Assembly (NCBI GenBank): GCA_035358035.1
Contig: DAOPOS010000008.1
Coordinates: 7,724-71,723, forward strand
Reading direction: 5' to 3'
Source: Syntrophales bacterium
GTDB lineage: Bacteria; Desulfobacterota; Syntrophia; Syntrophales; UBA2251
Length of the DNA: 64,000 nt
Below, in pieces: positions 37,014 through 47,765 of this stretch (position 1 is its first letter; the number at the start of each line of letters is the position of its first letter). The notes under the pieces were generated by a model. The model saw only the letters and a program-made list of their open reading frames with translations, was not told the origin of the DNA and did no database searches. The position numbers and the translations under genes were made by a program.

Positions 37014-38318
37014 ATGAAGATCAGACGAACGTCCGACCGGGATTTTGACGCCTTCTTCCGCGATCTCAGGCTGCGGGGCCGTGTCTTCGACGAGGACCTG
37101 CTCGCGGACGTGAAGGGGATCGTGGCGGATGTGGCCGCCCGCGGGGATGACGCCCTGTTCGCCCTGACGGCGCGGTTCGACGGCTACACGCCGACGGCAC
37201 AGACCGTCCAGGCCGCGCCGGCGGAATGGTCGGCCGCCGCGGCGGAGGTGGCGGCGGCCGACCTCGAACTGATCGAGCTGGCGGCCCGCCGGATCGAACG
37301 GTTTCACCGGCAGCAGCGGATCGACAGCTACAGCGAGGAAGACGAGCCGGGGATCACCTGGGGACAGCGCATCCTGCCGCTGGAGCGGATCGGGATCTAC
37401 GCTCCCGGAGGGCTGGCCGCCTATCCCTCGACGGTCCTCATGGCGGCCATCCCGGCCCGGATCGCGGGCGTCAGGGAGATCCTCCTCGTGTCCCCCGCCC
37501 GGGAGGGGAGGCTCAACCCCCTGATCGCCGCCGCCGCGCGGGTGGCCGGCGTGACGCGCATCTTCAAGATCGGCGGCGCGCAGGCCGTCGCCGCCCTGGC
37601 CTACGGGACCGCCTCGGTTCCGGCGGTGGACAAGATCGTGGGGCCGGGCAACGCCTACGTGGCGGCGGCGAAAATGCTGGTGTTCGGCCAGTGCGCCATC
37701 GACATGATCGCGGGCCCCAGCGAAGTCCTCATCATCGCCGACGGGTCGCAGAGTCCCGCCGTCTGTGCCGCCGACCTGTTGTCTCAGGCGGAGCACGACC
37801 CGCTGGCCTCCGCGCTGCTCCTGACGCCGGACGACGCATACGCCCGGCGGGTGACGACGGAGGTCGAACGGCAGCTCCCGACCCTGTCGCGCCGCGAGAT
37901 CGCCGCCCGCTCCTGGTCGGATTACGGCGCGGCGGTCGTCACGAAAGACCTCGCGGAGGCCGTCGCCCTGGCGAACCGCTTCGCGCCGGAGCACCTGGAG
38001 CTGATGGTGGACGACCCGCAGGCGCTCCTGCCCGGGATCGTCAACGCCGGCGCCATTTTCCTGGGCGGCTGCACCCCCGAGGCCGTCGGCGACTACCTGG
38101 CCGGTCCGAACCACATCCTGCCGACGGGGGGGACGGCCCGCTTCGCGTCGCCCCTGGGGGTGTACGACTACGTCAAACGGACGAGCGTCCTGTCCTTCTC
38201 CCGGGAGGCCCTGCTGAAGTACGGCCGCCAGGCGGCCCGGCTGGCGGACCTCGAGGGGCTGGAGGCCCACGGAAGGTCTATCACCCGGCGGCTGGACGCG
38301 GATCCCGGGAAGCCTTGA
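37014..38318 (+). CDS. hisD: Histidinol dehydrogenase
   Basis: GIYAPGG, KIVGPGNAYV, DMIAGPSE, LLSQAEHD, APEHLEL, GDYLAGPNHILPT. Confidence 0.96.
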   Translation: MKIRRTSDRDFDAFFRDLRLRGRVFDEDLLADVKGIVADVAARGDDALFALTARFDGYTPTAQTVQAAPAEWSAAAAEVAAADLELIELAARRIERFHRQQRIDSYSEEDEPGITWGQRILPLERIGIYAPGGLAAYPSTVLMAAIPARIAGVREILLVSPAREGRLNPLIAAAARVAGVTRIFKIGGAQAVAALAYGTASVPAVDKIVGPGNAYVAAAKMLVFGQCAIDMIAGPSEVLIIADGSQSPAVCAADLLSQAEHDPLASALLLTPDDAYARRVTTEVERQLPTLSRREIAARSWSDYGAAVVTKDLAEAVALANRFAPEHLELMVDDPQALLPGIVNAGAIFLGGCTPEAVGDYLAGPNHILPTGGTARFASPLGVYDYVKRTSVLSFSREALLKYGRQAARLADLEGLEAHGRSITRRLDADPGKP

Positions 38319-38325
38319 GCCGACG

Positions 38326-39120
38326 ATGAAAACCGAACTCTACTATTACACGGGTACGGGCAACTCCCTCTGGACCGCCCGCCTGCTCGCGCAGGCGCTG
38401 GGATCGGCCGCGGTCCGGCCGATGTCCCGGACGGACGGTTCCACCGTGAAGGCCGGGATCGAGGCGGTCGGCCTCGTCTTCCCCGTGCACATCTGGGGGC
38501 CGCCGCGCCGGGTGATCGCCTTCGCGAACACCCTCAAAGCGGACCCGGCGACGTATTGCTTCGCGGTGGCGGTCAACGCCGGGCAGGTCGCCGCCACCCT
38601 CGTCCAGCTGAAAAAGATTCTGCATGCAAAAAACCTGGTCCTGGCCTCCGGGTTCGGAATTGTCATGCCTTCCAACTACATCCCCTGGGGCGGGCCCGGG
38701 CCGGAGGATGAACAGCGCCGGCGGATCGCCGCTGCCCGGGAGAAGATCGGCCGCATCGCCGCCCGGGTCGGGAACCGGGAATCGCGGCCCGTCGAGCGGG
38801 GCCCTTTTTGGCAGAACCTCGTACTGACCGCACTCAACCGGCTCGCCTTTCCCCGCGTCCCCGCGATGGACAGGGGTTTCCGGGTTGACGGGAAATGCAA
38901 CGGCTGCGGCGTCTGCAGGACCGTCTGCCCCTGCGGGAACATTGTCTGGGAGGCGGAACGGCCGGTCTGGCAGCACCGCTGCGAGCAGTGCCTGGCCTGC
39001 ATTCAGTGGTGCCCGCAGGAGTCGATCCAGTACGGCAGGAGAACGCCGGGGTATGCACGCTACCATCACCCGGAGATCAGGCTGCGCGACCTGACCCGGG
39101 AGGGGGATTTGCAGGGCTGA
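38326..39120 (+). CDS. EFR1-family protein (flavodoxin-like domain + 2x[4Fe-4S] ferredoxin)
   Basis: YYTGTGNS flavodoxin start; MPSNY; CNGCGVCRTVCP and CEQCLACIQWCP. Confidence 0.88.
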   Translation: MKTELYYYTGTGNSLWTARLLAQALGSAAVRPMSRTDGSTVKAGIEAVGLVFPVHIWGPPRRVIAFANTLKADPATYCFAVAVNAGQVAATLVQLKKILHAKNLVLASGFGIVMPSNYIPWGGPGPEDEQRRRIAAAREKIGRIAARVGNRESRPVERGPFWQNLVLTALNRLAFPRVPAMDRGFRVDGKCNGCGVCRTVCPCGNIVWEAERPVWQHRCEQCLACIQWCPQESIQYGRRTPGYARYHHPEIRLRDLTREGDLQG

Positions 39121-39140
39121 TGCCGATAGGGGGTGACGCG

Positions 39141-39875
39141 ATGAGAAAGACCGTCTTTGCGGGGCTGGGGGCGGTGTTGATGTGCGCGGCCGTCGCGGCG
39201 GCGGGTCCGCACTTCCGGACCGACGCGTTCCGAACCTCCGCCGGGGAACTCGTCATTACCGTCGTGGGTCACGCGACGCTGATGATGACCTGGGGCGGCA
39301 AGGTCCTGCACATCGACCCGGTGACCGGGCAGGCCGATTATGCGAAGCTGCCGAAGGCCGACCTGATCCTCGTCACCCACGAGCATGCCGATCATCTCGA
39401 CCCGGCGGCGATCGGCCCGATCCGCACGCGGGGGACCGCGGTTCTCGCCCCGGAGACGGCCGCCCGCAGGATCCCGGGGAGTATCGTCCTTGCGAACGGC
39501 GACGTCCGCACGGTCCAGGGGGTGCGGATCGAGGCCGTCCCGGCCTATAATCTCGTCCACATGCGCAAGCCCGGCGTGCCCTTCCATTCCCGGGGGGTCG
39601 GCAACGGGTACATCGTCACCTTCGGGGATACGCGCGTCTACATCGCGGGAGACACGGAAAACACCCCGGAGATGAAGTGGCTGAAGGGGATCGATATCGC
39701 CTTCCTGCCCATGAACCTGCCCTATACCATGACGCCCGAGATGGTCGCGGACGCCGCGAAGGCCTTCCGCCCGAAGATCCTCTACCCCTATCACACCGGC
39801 GGGACGGACACGGGGCGACTCGTCAACCTGCTCCGGGATGCGGACGGCATCGATGTCCGGACAAAAAACCCTTGA
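39141..39875 (+). CDS. Metallo-beta-lactamase-fold hydrolase with signal peptide
   Basis: GHAT, THEHADHLD (HxHxDH), YIAGDT, PYH; hydrophobic N-terminus. Confidence 0.85.
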   Translation: MRKTVFAGLGAVLMCAAVAAAGPHFRTDAFRTSAGELVITVVGHATLMMTWGGKVLHIDPVTGQADYAKLPKADLILVTHEHADHLDPAAIGPIRTRGTAVLAPETAARRIPGSIVLANGDVRTVQGVRIEAVPAYNLVHMRKPGVPFHSRGVGNGYIVTFGDTRVYIAGDTENTPEMKWLKGIDIAFLPMNLPYTMTPEMVADAAKAFRPKILYPYHTGGTDTGRLVNLLRDADGIDVRTKNP

Positions 39876-39924
39876 CAAAACATCCCGGGTGGTACATATG
39901 CCGTCCAGTCGCGGCAGACCCCGA

Positions 39925-40001
<77 letters not shown>

Positions 40002-40128
40002 TTCCCCTCCCGGCCCTCCGGTTTTTTTCTTGCAATCCCCATTTTTCTGTGTTAGGAACCCCCCCAGATCATCGGGTTTTTTGAGATGAGTGGGCGCGTG
40101 CCCACTTTTTTTTTCCCGAAAGAGGATC

Positions 40129-40662
40129 ATGACGGAGACATCAGGCAGCTACCGGGAAGAGATCGCGTCGCTCGCGGATGCCCTCCTGCGGGCCGAGGGC
40201 ATGGAGCTGGTCGACGTGGAGTGCCTCAGGATGAAGTCGCGCTGGCTGGTGCGAATCTTCATGGACAAGCCGGGTGGGGTGACCGTCGACGACTGTGCCT
40301 GGATCAGCGAACAGCTGGGGGATGTTCTCGATGTGCACGACCTGCCTCCCGGGGCCTATACCCTGGAGGTGTCGTCGCCCGGTCTGGACCGGCCCCTGGC
40401 CAGGACGGAGGATTTTCTCCGGTTCCGGGGCTCCCGGATCGACTGCCGTCTGAAGGAGAAGGTCGCGGGGAGTCGTCATCTGCGCGGGATCCTGCGCGAC
40501 TGCCTTTCGGGAGAGGGTCCGGGGATCGTGGTCATCGAGGTGGACGGCGAACGCCGGTCGATTCCCCGAGACTGGATCCTGAAGGCCCGCCTCGTCTACG
40601 AAGAGGAACCTCAGGAACAAGCGCATGCGCCGCATCGCCCCGCGGGGCGCCAGGGGAGATAA
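40129..40662 (+). CDS. rimP: Ribosome maturation factor RimP
   Basis: VRIFMDKPGGVTVDDC, YTLEVSSPGLDRPL; precedes nusA. Confidence 0.94.
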   Translation: MTETSGSYREEIASLADALLRAEGMELVDVECLRMKSRWLVRIFMDKPGGVTVDDCAWISEQLGDVLDVHDLPPGAYTLEVSSPGLDRPLARTEDFLRFRGSRIDCRLKEKVAGSRHLRGILRDCLSGEGPGIVVIEVDGERRSIPRDWILKARLVYEEEPQEQAHAPHRPAGRQGR

Positions 40663-40677
40663 AGGGAGGACAAGGAC

Positions 40678-41925
40678 ATGTTTCCAGAACTCAAACGTCT
40701 GATCGAGCAGATGGGCAAGGACCGGGGGATCGACAAGCAGATCATCGTCGAGGCCCTGGAAGTGGCGATGGAGACGGCGGCCCGGAAGAAGATGGGGCCG
40801 CGGGTGGAGATCGAAGCCCATTACAACGACGAGGCCGGCGAGATCGAGGTGTTTCAGTTCAAGACCGTCATGGAGAGGGTCCTGGATCCGGAGATCCAGA
40901 TTTCCGTCGAGGAGGCCCGGGCGAAGTGGGACGAAGGCGCCGAACCGGGCGACAGCCTCGGGATGAAGGTCGACGCCGGCACCTTCGGGCGGATTGCCGT
41001 CCAGACGGCGAAGCAGATCATCATCCAGCGCGTCAAGGACGCGGAGCGGGACAACATTTACGAGGAGTACAAGGATCGCAAGGGGGAACTGGTCAACGGG
41101 TTCGTGCAGCGTTTCGAGGGCGGGAGCATCATCGTGAACCTGGGGAGGGCCGAGGCCGTGGTGCCGGTGTCGGAGCAGATCTTTCGGGAGCAGTACAAGC
41201 GGGGCGAGCGGATCCGCGGGTATCTCTGCGACGTCAAGAAGATCTCCAAAGGGCCGCAGGTCATCCTCTCCAGGACCCATCCGGGGTTTCTGAAGGCCCT
41301 CTTCGATGTCGAGGTTCCGGAGATCTCCGAGGGGCTCATCGAGATCGTCAACGTTTCCCGCGAGCCGGGAAAGCGGGCCAAGATCTCCGTGAGGACGAAA
41401 GACAAGGACATCGATCCCGTCGGAGCCTGCGTCGGCATGCGGGGGTCCCGCGTCCAGAGCGTCGTGCAGGAATTGCGCGGCGAGAAGATCGACATCGTTC
41501 CCTACTCCGACGATCCGGCCAAGTACGTCTGCAGCGCCCTGTCTCCGGCGAAGGTGGACAAGGTGCTCATCGACGAGGACAATCGGGCCATGGAAGTCAT
41601 TGTCCCCGATGACCAGTTGTCCCTGGCCATCGGGAAAAACGGCCACAACGTCCGGCTGGCGGTTCGCCTGACCGGCTGGAAGATCGATGTCAAGAGCCAA
41701 TCCATGGCGACGGCCCAGGAGGAAGAGGGATTCAAGTCTCTCATGCAGATTCCGGGGGTCGGCGAGGCGACGGCGGAACGGCTGTTCAAGGAAGGCCTGA
41801 AGAGCGTCATGGCCATCGCCGCCTCCGACGTCGAGACCCTGTCGGCGATTCCGGGCGTCGGCGAGAAGTCGGCCCGGCAGTGGATCGAAGCCGCGGGGAA
41901 GATCCTCGATCAAGGGGTCGCGTAA
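40678..41925 (+). CDS. nusA: Transcription termination/antitermination factor NusA
   Basis: FGRIAVQTAKQII, S1/KH domains, REPGKRAKI, GACVGMRGSRV, LAIGKNGHNVRLA, C-terminal HhH. Confidence 0.97.
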   Translation: MFPELKRLIEQMGKDRGIDKQIIVEALEVAMETAARKKMGPRVEIEAHYNDEAGEIEVFQFKTVMERVLDPEIQISVEEARAKWDEGAEPGDSLGMKVDAGTFGRIAVQTAKQIIIQRVKDAERDNIYEEYKDRKGELVNGFVQRFEGGSIIVNLGRAEAVVPVSEQIFREQYKRGERIRGYLCDVKKISKGPQVILSRTHPGFLKALFDVEVPEISEGLIEIVNVSREPGKRAKISVRTKDKDIDPVGACVGMRGSRVQSVVQELRGEKIDIVPYSDDPAKYVCSALSPAKVDKVLIDEDNRAMEVIVPDDQLSLAIGKNGHNVRLAVRLTGWKIDVKSQSMATAQEEEGFKSLMQIPGVGEATAERLFKEGLKSVMAIAASDVETLSAIPGVGEKSARQWIEAAGKILDQGVA

Positions 41926-41949
41926 ACGGATAAGGCGGGGGAGTTGCGC

Positions 41950-44658
41950 ATGTCTAAAAAAAGGGTCCATGAATTAGCGAAGGAACTGGGCATCGAAAAC
42001 AAGGAGTTGATCGCCCGCCTGGAAAAAATCGGCATTGCGGTCAAATCCCACTCCAGCTCGCTGGAAGAAGGCGATGTGGAGCGTATTCTCAAGGAGCTCA
42101 AGTCCAGCGAACCGCGGGAGATAGTTGAGCAGAGGATCAAAACGGGGGTGATCCGGCGCCGCTCGGTGCGTCTGCCGGCGGAGGAGGCCGAGACGGCGCC
42201 CGCCGCGGAGGTGCCGGTGGAAGCCGTGAAGCCCGCCGAGGAGGCGCTTCCCAAAGAACCGGAGGAGCCGTCCGAAGCCCCGCCGCCGGTCCCTCCGGCG
42301 GAAGCCGTTCGGTCCAAAGCGGCCGCGCCGAAAAAGGAGCCCGTTTCGAAAGCCGTCCCTCCGGCTCCCCCCGAACCCGCGGCCCCTGAGCCCCCGGCTG
42401 CGGCGACGGAGACGCGGAAGGTCGGGGCGCCCGCTCCGACGGAGGCCGCGGTCGTTCCCGAACCGACGCCTAAAGAAAAGGAGGCGACGCCGAAACCGGC
42501 GCCGGCCGCCCGGGAGGCCGAGACGGCGCCCGCCGCGGAGGCGGTGCCTCCGGCCAAGGAGAAGGCCGTTCCGGCCCCGCCGGCCAGGACCGCCGAAAGG
42601 GAGGTCAGAAAGCCCGTTCCTCCCCGGCCGGACCTGATGATCACCCGGGATGTTGCCCCCCCGCGGCCGGAAGCGCCGTCGGCGCGGACGGAGGCCGACA
42701 AGACAAAGAAGCGCGGGAAGAAGCCGGTCGAAGTCCTGATGGAAGAATCGGCGCCGGCCAAGAAAAAGGTTTTCGTCAAGAAGCCGTTCGTTGACCGTAA
42801 GGCGCGACAGATTGAAGTCGATACGGAGGAACGGACGCCCAGGTGGCGGGAGGAGAAGCGTCCTGCCGTCGTCAGGATGAAGAAGACGGAAATCACGGTT
42901 CCCAAGGCCAGCAAGAGGAGGATCAAGGTGGGCGATGCCATTTCGGTGGGGGATCTGGCCAAAAAGATGGGCGTCAAGGCCAGCGAGGTCATCAACAAGC
43001 TCATGGGATTGGGGATGATGGCCACGATCAACCAGCCCATCGATTTCGAGGCGGCGAGCCTGATCGCCACGGAATTCGGTTACCAGGCGGAACTGATGGG
43101 CCAGGAGTTCGACGAGACCTTGCTGAAGGCGGAAGCGCCCGCGGAGAATCTCCGGCCGCGCGCACCGGTGGTCACCATCATGGGGCACGTGGATCACGGC
43201 AAGACGTCGCTGCTCGACGCCATTCGGGAAACCAACATCATCGACGGGGAGGCGGGTGGCATCACGCAGGCCATCGGTGCCTACCACGTCCATATCAAGA
43301 ACCGGGACATCGTGTTTCTCGATACGCCGGGCCACGAGGCATTCACGGCCATGCGCGCCCGCGGGGCCCAGGTGACGGACATCGTCGTTCTCGTGGTGGC
43401 GGCCGACGACGGGGTGATGGACCAGACGGTGGAGGCCATCAACCACTCCCGAGACGCCGGCGTTCCCATCGTGGTGGCCATCAACAAGATCGACAAGCCC
43501 GGGGCGGATTCCGGGCGGATCAAGCAGGCCCTGACGGAATACAACCTGGTCCCGGAGGAGTGGGGCGGAGAGACGATCTTCTCCGAGGTGTCGGCCAAGC
43601 AGAAGATCGGGATCGAGGAACTGCTGGAGCTTATCCTGCTGCAGGCCGATATCCTGGAACTCAAGGCGGATCCCGACCGGCCGGCCCGTGGTGTCATCAT
43701 CGAGGCCAAGCTGGACCGCGGACGCGGACCCGTGGCGACGGTCCTGATTCAGGAGGGGACCCTGCGGGAGGGCGACGCCTTCGTCTCGCGGACGGAATAC
43801 GGCCGGGTCCGGGCCATGATCGACGACAAGGGGCAGCGGATGCGGGAAGCGGGGCCGTCCACCCCCGTCGAGGTGATCGGCTTTTCCCGCGTGCCCCAGG
43901 CGAGCTCCGAATTCATCGGCGTCGAGGACGAAAAGAAGGCCCGCAGCATCGGCGAGTACTGGATCCGCAAGGAGCGGGAGCGGGAGCTTTCCGCCACGGC
44001 GAAAATCACCCTGGAGCAGCTCTATGCGAAAATGAAGGAGGGGGTGAAGGAGCTCAACGTCATCCTCAAGGCCGACGTGCAGGGCTCCGTCGAGGCCCTC
44101 GCGGACGCGCTCGGAAAACTGGGCGCGGCCGACATCAAGATCAAGATCATCCATTCCTCCACCGGCGCCATCACGGAGACCGACGTCATGCTGGCGTCGG
44201 CGTCCAATGCCGTCATCATCGGGTTCAACGTGCGTCCGGACGCCCGGGTCGCCGAGGTGGCCGAAACGGAGGGGGTGGAGATCAAGCTCTACGACATCAT
44301 CTACAACGTGATTGCCGACATGAAGGCGGCGATGGAGGGGCTCCTGGAGCCGGAGTACCGCGAGGTGAGCCAGGGCCGCGCCGAGGTGCGGGATATCTTT
44401 AAGGTGCCGAAGATCGGCACCATCGCCGGCTGCTATGTGACGGACGGAAAACTGGCCCGGTCCTCGGGCGTCAAGCTCGTCCGGGAGGGCGTCGTCGTGT
44501 ACGACGGTCGGATCGCGTCCCTCCGGCGCTTCAAGGACGACGTCAAGGAGGTCGCGACGGGGTTCGAGTGCGGCATCGGCATCGAGAACTATAACGACAT
44601 CCGCATCGGGGACGTCATCGAGGCTTATGTCCAGGAGGAGATCGAACGCAAGCTTTAA
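41950..44658 (+). CDS. infB: Translation initiation factor IF-2
   Basis: [11 protein letters not shown], Pro/Ala/Glu-rich linker, [32 protein letters not shown]. Confidence 0.98.
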   Translation: MSKKRVHELAKELGIENKELIARLEKIGIAVKSHSSSLEEGDVERILKELKSSEPREIVEQRIKTGVIRRRSVRLPAEEAETAPAAEVPVEAVKPAEEALPKEPEEPSEAPPPVPPAEAVRSKAAAPKKEPVSKAVPPAPPEPAAPEPPAAATETRKVGAPAPTEAAVVPEPTPKEKEATPKPAPAAREAETAPAAEAVPPAKEKAVPAPPARTAEREVRKPVPPRPDLMITRDVAPPRPEAPSARTEADKTKKRGKKPVEVLMEESAPAKKKVFVKKPFVDRKARQIEVDTEERTPRWREEKRPAVVRMKKTEITVPKASKRRIKVGDAISVGDLAKKMGVKASEVINKLMGLGMMATINQPIDFEAASLIATEFGYQAELMGQEFDETLLKAEAPAENLRPRAPVVTIMGHVDHGKTSLLDAIRETNIIDGEAGGITQAIGAYHVHIKNRDIVFLDTPGHEAFTAMRARGAQVTDIVVLVVAADDGVMDQTVEAINHSRDAGVPIVVAINKIDKPGADSGRIKQALTEYNLVPEEWGGETIFSEVSAKQKIGIEELLELILLQADILELKADPDRPARGVIIEAKLDRGRGPVATVLIQEGTLREGDAFVSRTEYGRVRAMIDDKGQRMREAGPSTPVEVIGFSRVPQASSEFIGVEDEKKARSIGEYWIRKERERELSATAKITLEQLYAKMKEGVKELNVILKADVQGSVEALADALGKLGAADIKIKIIHSSTGAITETDVMLASASNAVIIGFNVRPDARVAEVAETEGVEIKLYDIIYNVIADMKAAMEGLLEPEYREVSQGRAEVRDIFKVPKIGTIAGCYVTDGKLARSSGVKLVREGVVVYDGRIASLRRFKDDVKEVATGFECGIGIENYNDIRIGDVIEAYVQEEIERKL
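42183..42541 (+). repeat. 29-bp exact direct repeat inside the infB linker
   Basis: GGAGGCCGAGACGGCGCCCGCCGCGGAGG at 42183-42211 and 42513-42541, encoding EAETAPAAE twice. Confidence 0.9.
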
Positions 44659-44709
44659 CGGGCCGGCGGGCTTCGGGGACGCCCGCGGACCGGGGCGTGA
44701 GGGGGAACC

Positions 44710-45048
44710 ATGGTCATCGGCGTGGGACTGATCGACATCCTGATCCCGGGCTGCCATTCCCTCAAGGAGAAGCGGGGCGTTCTGCGGCGGATTCTCAAGC
44801 GCACGCAGAATGAATTCAATATCTCCATCGCCGAGGTGGGGCAGCACGACCTCTGGCAGACGGCCCGGATCGGATTCTGCGTGGTCGGGAACGACCGCGC
44901 CTACATCAACGGCAAGATGGATCACGTCTTTCGTTTTATCGACGAGATCGGCGTGGCGGAGCGGGTCCGCACGAAGATGGAAATCCTTTCTTTTGCGGAC
45001 ATCGAGGACGATCCGCGAATGGAACTGGAAAAGTATGGCGCAATATAA
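44710..45048 (+). CDS. DUF503 (YlxP) family protein
   Basis: CHSLKEKRGVLRRI, FNISIAEVGQHDLWQ; typical position between infB and rbfA. Confidence 0.88.
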   Translation: MVIGVGLIDILIPGCHSLKEKRGVLRRILKRTQNEFNISIAEVGQHDLWQTARIGFCVVGNDRAYINGKMDHVFRFIDEIGVAERVRTKMEILSFADIEDDPRMELEKYGAI

Positions 45049-45418
45049 ACGGGCGGAGCGCGTGGCGGACCTGATCCGCGCCGAACTCGCCGACATCCTG
45101 CGCAAGCGCATCCGCGATCCCAGGATCGGGCTTCTGACCCTGTCGGGCGTGACGTTGTCGGACGATCTCAGGGTGGCGAAGGTGTACTTCGTTGAAATGG
45201 GACAGGACCAGTGCCGCCCGGAGATCCGTGCGGGCCTGGACAGGGCCGCGGGTTTCATCCGCCGGGAACTGGGAAAGCGGATCGAGCTGCGCTACGTGCC
45301 GGAGCTCATCTTTCTCTACGACCCCTCCTTCGCCTACGGCAGCCGCATCGAGAAGCTGATTCAGGAAATCCACCATCAGGAAGAACCAGAGGAACCGGAT
45401 GCTCCAGAAGATCATTGA
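45035..45418 (+). CDS. rbfA: Ribosome-binding factor A
   Basis: RAERVADLIR, IRDPRIG, DLRVAKVY, LRYVPELIFLYD. Confidence 0.95.
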   Translation: MAQYKRAERVADLIRAELADILRKRIRDPRIGLLTLSGVTLSDDLRVAKVYFVEMGQDQCRPEIRAGLDRAAGFIRRELGKRIELRYVPELIFLYDPSFAYGSRIEKLIQEIHHQEEPEEPDAPEDH

Positions 45419-46370
45419 CATCATCCGCCGCGGCCGGACCTTTCTCGTGACGGCCCATGAACGGCTGGACGGGGACGCCCTCGGATCTGAGCTCGCCCTG
45501 TACGCGATGCTGACCGATCTGAGGAAGCAAGCGGTGGTCTACAACCAGGACGAGGTTCCCGGGAATTACCGCTTTCTTCCCGGGAGCGAAACCATCGTGT
45601 CGGCGCTGCCCCCGCCGGAGACGTTCGACGCGGCGTTCATCCTGGATTGCAGCGAGCTGGACCGGGTGGGCCGGGAGGCCCCTCGAATCGCGGACATCCG
45701 GCAACTCGTGAATATCGACCATCACGTCTCCAACGGCGGTTTCTGCGATACGGTCCTGCTCGATCCGAAGGCGAGTTCGACGGGGGAGATCCTGTGCCGG
45801 GTCATGACGGCCATGAACTGGGCGCCGACGCCGCCGGCGGCCACGTGTCTGTACACGGCGATCCTGACCGATACCGGCGGATTCCATTACGGCAACACGA
45901 CGCCGGAGGCGCTGACGGCGGCGGCCGGTCTCGTCGTGCGCGGGGCCGATCCGCAGTGGATTTCGGAAAACGTCTACGAGAGCAATCCCCTGGCCAAGAT
46001 CCGGCTTCTGGGCGCGGTCCTGGAAACCCTCGCCCTCGACGGGGACGACCGCGTGGGATCGCTCACCGTGACCCGCGAGGTCCTGGCGCGGACGGGCGCC
46101 GCGCCCGAGCATACGGACGGCCTCGTGGACCTGCCCCGGACCATCCGGGGGGTGGACGTATCGGTCCTCTTCAGCGAGATGGAGGACGGCCGCATCAAGG
46201 TCAGTCTGCGGTCGAAAGGACGCGTCAACGTAGAGCGCGTCGCCCGCGTCTTCGGCGGCGGCGGCCACGTTAATGCCGCCGCCTGTCGGGTCGAGGGGGA
46301 TGTGGACAGCGTGAAACGGAAGGTGATCGCGGCGGTCGTCTCCAGCCTGGAAGCGGAGGGACGCCGATGA
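45399..46370 (+). CDS. DHH/DHHA1 phosphoesterase (NrnA-like)
   Basis: HERLDGDALGS, NIDHH, ILTDTGGF, VSLRS, GGGGHVNAA. Confidence 0.92.
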   Translation: MLQKIIDIIRRGRTFLVTAHERLDGDALGSELALYAMLTDLRKQAVVYNQDEVPGNYRFLPGSETIVSALPPPETFDAAFILDCSELDRVGREAPRIADIRQLVNIDHHVSNGGFCDTVLLDPKASSTGEILCRVMTAMNWAPTPPAATCLYTAILTDTGGFHYGNTTPEALTAAAGLVVRGADPQWISENVYESNPLAKIRLLGAVLETLALDGDDRVGSLTVTREVLARTGAAPEHTDGLVDLPRTIRGVDVSVLFSEMEDGRIKVSLRSKGRVNVERVARVFGGGGHVNAAACRVEGDVDSVKRKVIAAVVSSLEAEGRR

Positions 46371-47299
46371 ACGGCGTGATCGTGATCGACAAGCCGGCGG
46401 GGAAGACCTCGTTTGACGTGGTGGACCAGGTTCGCCGTACGCTGGGCGTCCGAAAGGCCGGTCATACCGGCACGCTCGATCCCCTGGCCACGGGGGTGCT
46501 GCCGGTCTGTCTCAACGAGGCGACGAAGCTCGTGCCGTTCCTCATGGGAGGATGGAAGGTCTATCGGGCAACGCTGCTTCTGGGGGTTCGGACCGACACC
46601 CTGGACCGGGACGGACAGATCGAGCGGACCTGCGTCCCGTCCGTGACGCCGGAGGAGATCGCCGGCGCGCTTAAAAAGTGCGTCGGCAGGCGTCTGCAGC
46701 AGGCGCCCCGCTATTCGGCCCTCAAGTTCAAGGGCAAGGCCCTGTACCGCTGGGCCCGTCAGGGGGTCGCGATCGACCCGCCCTCCCGGATCGTGGAGAT
46801 CGACGAACTGACGATCGCGTCCATCGAGGGGCCCTATGCGACCTTCACCGTCCGCTGTTCGAAGGGGACCTACATCCGCTCCCTCTGCGCGGAGGTTGGG
46901 GAAAGCCTGGGCTGCGGGGCCTGCCTCTACGCCTTGAGGCGCCTGAAGACCGGTCCCTTCGACGAGACCCTGGCCGTTCGCCTGGACGATGAGGCGGGCG
47001 CGACAGGTCCGAAACGGCTGGCGCAGGGGCTGATTCCCCTGATCGACGCCCTGCCGGAGTTGACCGAAATCGAGGTCGATGCCTCGCTGGCGAAGCGGAT
47101 CCGCGCCGGTCATCAGCCGAAACGGGGCGATTGGGGTGAGGAGGATATTCCTTTCCTTGCCCCGGAAGATATGATAAAATTTACCCTCAATCGGCGTGCC
47201 TTGGTTGCCATTGGCAAGGTGGTTCCTCCCCCGCCGGCGTCGGGGGAAACGTCCGGCGATGCGCCGTTTACCAAGATCCTGAGGGTGTTCAATCCCTGA
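46367..47299 (+). CDS. truB: tRNA pseudouridine(55) synthase
   Basis: IDKPAGKTS, KAGHTGTLDPLATGVL, CSKGTYIRSL. Confidence 0.95.
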   Translation: MNGVIVIDKPAGKTSFDVVDQVRRTLGVRKAGHTGTLDPLATGVLPVCLNEATKLVPFLMGGWKVYRATLLLGVRTDTLDRDGQIERTCVPSVTPEEIAGALKKCVGRRLQQAPRYSALKFKGKALYRWARQGVAIDPPSRIVEIDELTIASIEGPYATFTVRCSKGTYIRSLCAEVGESLGCGACLYALRRLKTGPFDETLAVRLDDEAGATGPKRLAQGLIPLIDALPELTEIEVDASLAKRIRAGHQPKRGDWGEEDIPFLAPEDMIKFTLNRRALVAIGKVVPPPPASGETSGDAPFTKILRVFNP

Positions 47300-47412
47300 T
47301 GAGCCGCCGCGCCGCCTGAGAGGGCGCGGGGTTGCAGACGAATGCAAGTCAACCATGCGCCGCGTTGTGAGAATTCGGCAAGAGAACGACGTTCAAGGAA
47401 GGAGAAAAGGCA

Positions 47413-47679
47413 GTGTTAGATGCGGAGAAACGGAAGGGCATTATCGGGAAATATCAGATCCACGAGAACGACACGGGCTCCCCGGAGGTTCAGGTTGCCC
47501 TGCTGACGGCGCGCATCGAGTATTTGACGGAGCACTTCAAGGCGCACAAAAAAGACCATCATTCCCGGCGGGGACTCTTGAAACTGGTCGGCCAGCGGCG
47601 TCGTCTTCTCGATTACATGAAGAAAAAGGATGTGGAACGATACCGGAGCATCATCCAGCAGTTGGGGATCCGGAAGTAA
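47413..47679 (+). CDS. rpsO: 30S ribosomal protein S15
   Basis: [37 protein letters not shown]. Confidence 0.98.
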   Translation: MLDAEKRKGIIGKYQIHENDTGSPEVQVALLTARIEYLTEHFKAHKKDHHSRRGLLKLVGQRRRLLDYMKKKDVERYRSIIQQLGIRK

Positions 47680-47765
47680 TCCTCCCGCGGGATGCATCGC
47701 TTGCAGGAAAACGGATTGGCCCGGGGCCTGAATCTATGCCCGGGCCTTTGGAGAAAGGAATGGGT

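Noticed and set aside
39872-39900. Promoter for tRNA-Gly
   Set aside because: TTGACA is present but no TAnnnT hexamer at 16-18 nt spacing; too weak to list as a feature.
41974-45258. Very long antisense ORFs (1094 aa here; also 27971..30733, 47613..50117, 15555..17771, 12277..14280, 6640..8625, 31299..33203)
   Set aside because: They are shadows of strongly supported genes on the opposite strand. High-GC codon bias suppresses stops, and the translations have no motifs.
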